Below, in pieces: positions 59,184 to 64,000 of a DNA stretch of 64,000 nucleotides. The notes beneath the pieces are model-generated. The model was not told the origin of the DNA, searched no databases, and worked only from the letters and a program-made list of their open reading frames with translations. Both the position numbers and the translations under genes were made by a program. Source of the stretch: a virus; the IMG/VR virus record IMGVR_UViG_3300028198_000256, positions 51,004 through 115,003 of that record; one strand, 5' to 3'. Each line of letters opens with the position of its first letter. Position 1 is the stretch's first letter.

Positions 59184-59585
59184 TCAATCACCCTTATACA
59201 TAATATCCTTAATATAATTAATTTGAGATTCAGTTAAAATTCCAATAATATCCTCAGTTTTCTTATCACTATAACTATAATACTCTTTAACTAACTCAAA
59301 ATCCTTGTGTTGTGTTTTTTTTGGCCAAGATGTAAATCGTTTCTTTGACCGTATTATATTTAGTAAATAGTCATATTGCATTTTATTATCTAAATGCGGT
59401 AGTTTATTCATTTCATTAGCATATAATATAGTATCCTTATACATAGAAAATATTTTATTTACCATATAAGGACTATAATTACTTTCCCATAACTCATCAT
59501 CAGTGTCTAATAAATTAGTTTTAGTATACGATATAGAATTTGCATAACCTTTAAATAAATCATACTTTTTATGTTCGTTTGACAT
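59184..59585 (-). CDS. 62: Clamp loader small subunit (gp62)
   Basis: YSPYMVN, ANEMN, QYDYLLN.IR.KKRF; synteny. Confidence 0.9.
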   Translation of the reverse strand: MSNEHKKYDLFKGYANSISYTKTNLLDTDDELWESNYSPYMVNKIFSMYKDTILYANEMNKLPHLDNKMQYDYLLNIIRSKKRFTSWPKKTQHKDFELVKEYYSYSDKKTEDIIGILTESQINYIKDIMYKGD

Positions 59586-59588
59586 AAA

Positions 59589-60530
59589 TCACTTCCAATC
59601 ACAATTACACATCAATTCCGTCAAACAAGCAACTAAATTAATCTCTTGATTAACCACAAATGAAGATTTATACTGGTAGTCTCCCAATATAATTACCGCA
59701 TCTGGGATTGACTGACTCTCAATATAATTATATAATCCATCATATATCATTTTAAAAACTTGATTGCAGTCAACAGAAGAATTAACAACAACCCATTTCC
59801 TCATTTCAGTAAATTTCTTATTTTTTAATGAAACACAAAGATCACTAATATCACACGTTTCTGATATAATATCAACATCAATCTTTCCATCATTAGAATA
59901 TGACTGCAATTCATTTAACGTCCGTCTCCAATCAGGGAAATGTTTCATAAGTACATCCCTTACTGCGGCAGAATCATATTCAACACCCTCTTTTGTCAAG
60001 ATTTCACATACTCTATTGTAAAATCTTTTTGCAATTTTAGGTTTTTCCTTATTAGTGATTTTAAATTCAACAACAGTACATCTACTATGCAATGGATCTA
60101 TTATCTTGTTTTTAAAATTACATGTGAAAATAAACCGACAGTTATCTGAAAATTCCTCAATAAATCCACGCAACGCTGGTTGTGCTGCCCATGATAAATA
60201 ATCAGCCTCGTCAATAATGATTACTTTAAACCTACCATCCAACGACACAGAAGATGCATACTGACGTAATGTGGTTCTTATACCATCAATACCATTGTCT
60301 TCCGTTCCATTTATAAAAAGATAATCATAATCCAACTCTTCACATAGTGCCTTAGCTACTGTAGTTTTTCCTACACCAGGACCACCAGATAATAATAAAT
60401 TAGGCATAACTTTAGAAGAAATTATATCAGTAAATATCTTCTTAATATCTGGTGATAATACACAATTTTCTATTGTCTTAGGTCTATATTTCTCAACCCA
60501 CAAAAAATTATCGTTCATAATATACTCCAA
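59589..60530 (-). CDS. 44: Clamp loader AAA+ subunit (gp44)
   Basis: LWVEKYRP, GPGVGKTT, IIDEAD, LHSRC, FPDWRR. Confidence 0.95.
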   Translation of the reverse strand: MEYIMNDNFLWVEKYRPKTIENCVLSPDIKKIFTDIISSKVMPNLLLSGGPGVGKTTVAKALCEELDYDYLFINGTEDNGIDGIRTTLRQYASSVSLDGRFKVIIIDEADYLSWAAQPALRGFIEEFSDNCRFIFTCNFKNKIIDPLHSRCTVVEFKITNKEKPKIAKRFYNRVCEILTKEGVEYDSAAVRDVLMKHFPDWRRTLNELQSYSNDGKIDVDIISETCDISDLCVSLKNKKFTEMRKWVVVNSSVDCNQVFKMIYDGLYNYIESQSIPDAVIILGDYQYKSSFVVNQEINLVACLTELMCNCDWK

Positions 60531-60535
60531 CCATA

Positions 60536-61249
60536 TTAAACTTTATTATAATATGAATCACTCTCTATAGCTACCCAATATTGTAATAATTCATTCTCAT
60601 TTTTAAAAGTAGACAACCCACTCCCCTTTTCACTTATACTTGATACACTAATTTTATAAGTACCGTCATATAATTTAAAATTATCAGATTTGAAATATAT
60701 TTTAAAATCATCAGTAGATTCCCCAACTGGCTCTCTAGACACATCACTCATGCTATTCTTTTTATCTAATGCAACAAAATAAATAATACCACCATCAGTC
60801 ATTAATGCATAATCTGGTAAAGAATTGATGGTTGATACTTTTTTAATACGACTCAAACTAGCTTCAGTTAAATTTACTGAAAAAAGGACTTCTGGGAATT
60901 CCTTACTCTCATCTGTATTAAATTCAGAACCTTCTAATTTAAATGTTTTTTTAGGATGAACTATAACCTTCTCATCTGTGGTTCTAAACTCATATCGTCT
61001 ATCTTCAGAAAACATCATAATGTGATCATCATGAAATTCCAATTCTGGGTACATCTGTAAATTAGATAAAAATCTTGGTAAATCGTATATTCCTATCTTA
61101 TTTGGGAAGTTTTCTTCTACATCAGAAGATACTATTATATTCCTCATAATAGACATAGAAGTGATTCTATGTCCTTTATTCAACAAAATTGATGGATTAA
61201 TTGTTGAGAAATTTCTCAATATTTGTTGCGTTTTTTCACTGATTTTCAT
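60536..61249 (-). CDS. 45: Sliding clamp (gp45)
   Basis: ILRNFSTINPSI, GIYDL..FL, YWVAIE; synteny. Confidence 0.9.
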   Translation of the reverse strand: MKISEKTQQILRNFSTINPSILLNKGHRITSMSIMRNIIVSSDVEENFPNKIGIYDLPRFLSNLQMYPELEFHDDHIMMFSEDRRYEFRTTDEKVIVHPKKTFKLEGSEFNTDESKEFPEVLFSVNLTEASLSRIKKVSTINSLPDYALMTDGGIIYFVALDKKNSMSDVSREPVGESTDDFKIYFKSDNFKLYDGTYKISVSSISEKGSGLSTFKNENELLQYWVAIESDSYYNKV

Positions 61250-61409
61250 AATTAATCTCCTTTAATTTCTCAAGCATCATCATCTGTCTATCTTTCATCT
61301 TTATCATCTTTTTCATAATCACCCTTTCAATATTGTAATTCTTCTTAATTCCTTTCGTCCGTCTTACCTTCTTTAATTGTTTTCGTTTCTTCATATTTGT
61401 CATAGACAT
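61236..61409 (-). CDS. 57-aa basic protein between genes 46 and 45 (not in ORF track)
   Basis: MSMTNMKKRKQLKKVRRTKG...; directly behind a promoter with GAGG SD. Confidence 0.4.
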   Translation of the reverse strand: MSMTNMKKRKQLKKVRRTKGIKKNYNIERVIMKKMIKMKDRQMMMLEKLKEINYENQ

Positions 61410-61444
61410 TAGTTTAATCCCTCAATTATCACCTAATCAATACA

Positions 61445-61473
61445 AGTATAACACATAATTACCTATTTGTCAA
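61445..61473 (-). promoter_or_regulatory. Sigma70-type promoter for the clamp/clamp-loader cluster
   Basis: TTGACA-17 nt-TATACT with TG. Confidence 0.8.
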
Positions 61474-63190
61474 CATCTTTCTTAATAAAACTAAAGTTTC
61501 TCTTTTTTTCAAAAGTTATTGTTTTTGCAAACTTATCATATAGAATATCACCTTTATGAGAAATAATAAAGACATTTCTATCAACAAAACTACTTATTAA
61601 CTTCAAAAAATCATCAGTACCATTTGTATCTAAGCTTGAATCAAAAACCTCATCTAATATTAACAAATTAGTATTAACACTATTCTTCATCCTTGCAATA
61701 TCTCTCCATGTGAACAAAAGAGCTAAATCTATACGCATCCTCTCACCCTCAGAAAACGAACTATATGTGAATTTATTACGATTCATAGACTCAATAGTTT
61801 CAGAAAACTTAGCATCTAACTTAAAATTTACATAAAAATTCATCTTATGTAAATACACATTAATGAGATGATTAATTTTAGGTAAATAATATTTTATAAT
61901 TGATATCTTAACACCATCATCATTCAATATTTTAGAAACTAAAGAATAGTGATGTTTATCATTACTTAACTCTTTTTTTCGTTCTACAAAATCATCATAC
62001 TCATATTCATAGGATTCAAGTTCATCTATCAAATCTGAAGTTGAGACTACATCGGATAATATACTTTTATTATCATTATTTAAATCCTCAATAGAACTTA
62101 ATAATGAATTGTTAGTCATTCTATATTCTAAACTGGTGTTTTCTAACTCGGAACACTCCAATCGTATATCATTAAGATTAGTAATCCTCTCTTCTACCCT
62201 GGATATCTCATCTGATACCTCAATTGACGATGCAGTTATATTATCAATTTTATTAATATTCTCTGATATTATAACTTTTTTATATTCATCACTTATATCT
62301 TGTTTACAAGATGGACACTCACTCTTATCAGAAAACCATTCTATTACCTTAGTAAACATATCTCTTGATGCATCCATCTTATATTTTACTTTATTAATAC
62401 CCTTTAACCTTTTCCTGAATTTATCTATTTTAAAATCAAAGGAATCCCTTAAATCCAATATATTCTTATCCAATCTATCAATTTCAAGTGAATTGTTTTT
62501 TAATAATTGTTGTTTTTGAGAAATCTTCTCCTTATTATTATTAATAATGTCAGTAGTATTTTTCTGTTTATCAGATATAAATTTCTTATGTAATGATACT
62601 TTATGTTCTAATATGTCAAGTTTACTAGACACTTCCATCAAGTCATTCTTACACAATGACTCCTTATTTTTTATAATATCATTCATATAAGAAAATATCT
62701 TAATGTCTAATATATCTTCTATTATATCTCGTCTATCAGAAGTATTTAATTGCATAAATGGTATAAATGTAGCCGAACCCAACAATACCGTCTGTGTAAA
62801 TGACTTATAATTTAGTTTTAATATACTATCTTCTAAATATTTTTGTGAATCTTTAACTCTCGAATCCTGATCTAATAACCTATCATTAACATATATGTTA
62901 AATATACTAGGTTTAATTGAACGGATTACTTTATATTCATTATCACCAATACTAAATTCTATTTCAACTACACAATCTTTACCATTAATAGAATTAACTA
63001 TCTGTGGTTTATTAATCTTCCTAAATGATTTTCCAAACAACACGAATGTCAACGCATCTAATATAGTAGATTTCCCAGCACCATTCTCACCAACAATCAA
63101 TGTACTGCCACATTCATTTAAAATTATTTCAGTAAATTTATCACCAGTAGCTAAAAAATTCTTCCAACGAATTCTCTCAAATATAATCAT
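61463..63190 (-). CDS. 46: Recombination endonuclease ATPase subunit (gp46, Rad50-like)
   Basis: WKNFL, GENGAGKS, CPSC hook, FSEGE, ILDEVFD, ISH. Confidence 0.95.
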   Translation of the reverse strand: MIIFERIRWKNFLATGDKFTEIILNECGSTLIVGENGAGKSTILDALTFVLFGKSFRKINKPQIVNSINGKDCVVEIEFSIGDNEYKVIRSIKPSIFNIYVNDRLLDQDSRVKDSQKYLEDSILKLNYKSFTQTVLLGSATFIPFMQLNTSDRRDIIEDILDIKIFSYMNDIIKNKESLCKNDLMEVSSKLDILEHKVSLHKKFISDKQKNTTDIINNNKEKISQKQQLLKNNSLEIDRLDKNILDLRDSFDFKIDKFRKRLKGINKVKYKMDASRDMFTKVIEWFSDKSECPSCKQDISDEYKKVIISENINKIDNITASSIEVSDEISRVEERITNLNDIRLECSELENTSLEYRMTNNSLLSSIEDLNNDNKSILSDVVSTSDLIDELESYEYEYDDFVERKKELSNDKHHYSLVSKILNDDGVKISIIKYYLPKINHLINVYLHKMNFYVNFKLDAKFSETIESMNRNKFTYSSFSEGERMRIDLALLFTWRDIARMKNSVNTNLLILDEVFDSSLDTNGTDDFLKLISSFVDRNVFIISHKGDILYDKFAKTITFEKKRNFSFIKKDVDK

Positions 63191-64000
63191 ATTTCCCTTA
63201 ACACATCCATATACACATCATTAATAATATTCTTCAATTTATCCTTATCTACATCAACAGTAGTTCCATCTATATATGTATATACCAATGACATAGTATC
63301 ATCATCAATAGACACTTTGTCATCAATACCGACACCATCTATCATAGTTTCATCAATAATATTAATATCAATCACATCATTCTTATACAACGTGTCAACA
63401 AATAAATCAAATTTATATACATCAGTCTTTTTATTAACAATTATCTTAATAAACTTACCATTATAATAAGAAAAATCAAAATCATCTACAGTATCTTCAT
63501 CATAAAATATCTTCTCAAATATAGTATATGTATTCTTAATAAATTCCAATTCCAATGTATCAGTATCAAATATATGAAATCCACGGTCATCTTTATAATC
63601 AGACCAAGTTAATTCATATGGATTGCCCAAATATGTTATATTATCCTCGGTTGACTTATGATGAAAATGACCAGAATATACTTTCTCAAATCTACTAAAT
63701 ATTGATTTTTTAATACCTTCCAAACAACGAATACCACTGTTCATTAAAAACCCAGATATTTCTAAATGACCGAATACTACGGTAGAATTAGTATCATTTA
63801 AATGCGATATAGACTCATCATAATTGTCATCATTAATCCACGGACATAAACAAATATCCAAACCATCAAAATTAACAGTATCAATGGACGAATATATCTT
63901 TGGTGATAACGGATTATCCACATCAATCAAAGACTCCATAGCATTCACTTTATTAGAATTCTTAAAATATGTATCATGATTACCTATAATAATATGGGTA
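63187..64000 (-). CDS. 47: Recombination endonuclease subunit (gp47, Mre11-like), 5' end outside the window
   Basis: IGNHD (63970-63990), PWI, GHLE, SGHFH, YLGNPY. Confidence 0.92.
   Translation of the reverse strand, partial: THIIIGNHDTYFKNSNKVNAMESLIDVDNPLSPKIYSSIDTVNFDGLDICLCPWINDDNYDESISHLNDTNSTVVFGHLEISGFLMNSGIRCLEGIKKSIFSRFEKVYSGHFHHKSTEDNITYLGNPYELTWSDYKDDRGFHIFDTDTLELEFIKNTYTIFEKIFYDEDTVDDFDFSYYNGKFIKIIVNKKTDVYKFDLFVDTLYKNDVIDINIIDETMIDGVGIDDKVSIDDDTMSLVYTYIDGTTVDVDKDKLKNIINDVYMDVLREI

Noticed and set aside
1207-63224. The many plus-strand ORFs in the track
   Set aside because: They lie antisense to well-supported minus-strand genes or RNAs and have no recognisable motifs; treated as shadow ORFs.
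1-64000. CRISPR array, transposon, or alternative genetic code
   Set aside because: No regularly spaced repeats or transposase motifs; core genes are full length under the standard code and no suppressor tRNA was seen.

Overview
This 64 kb AT-rich window comes from a large T4-like myophage, and essentially every gene lies on the minus strand. The right third is the T4 replication core: gp47, gp46, gp45, gp44, gp62, regA, gp43, uvsX, gp40, gp41, gp61 primase and nrdA. nrdB, thyX, dUTPase and RNase H lie further left. Mixed among the phage genes is a large set of host-type metabolic genes: fatty-acid beta-oxidation (fadE, fadJ/B, fadI/A), isocitrate lyase, a class 3 lipase, an acyltransferase-hydrolase fusion, panD, ald, a ThDP decarboxylase, prs, purN, pyrD, ppa, an FTR1 iron permease, GST and dnaK-dnaJ. 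RNA genes missing from the ORF track are a tRNA(CAU), a non-canonical tRNA-Gly-like gene (ACC), and a circularly permuted tmRNA with a 278-nt structured intervening segment. Four leads stand out. (1) A Mom-family adenine hypermodifier is present with a tRNA-Gly that keeps the GlyRS identity elements but is distorted where EF-Tu and the ribosome bind, so it may be a dedicated glycine donor. (2) Mom and all three DNA methyltransferases end in the same LDxF[LF] peptide as the DNA polymerase, suggesting sliding-clamp-tethered DNA modification. (3) The tmRNA spacer holds an unidentified structured RNA. (4) The phage encodes a lipid-to-acetyl-CoA/glyoxylate route. All calls come from motif recognition by eye; no searches were run.
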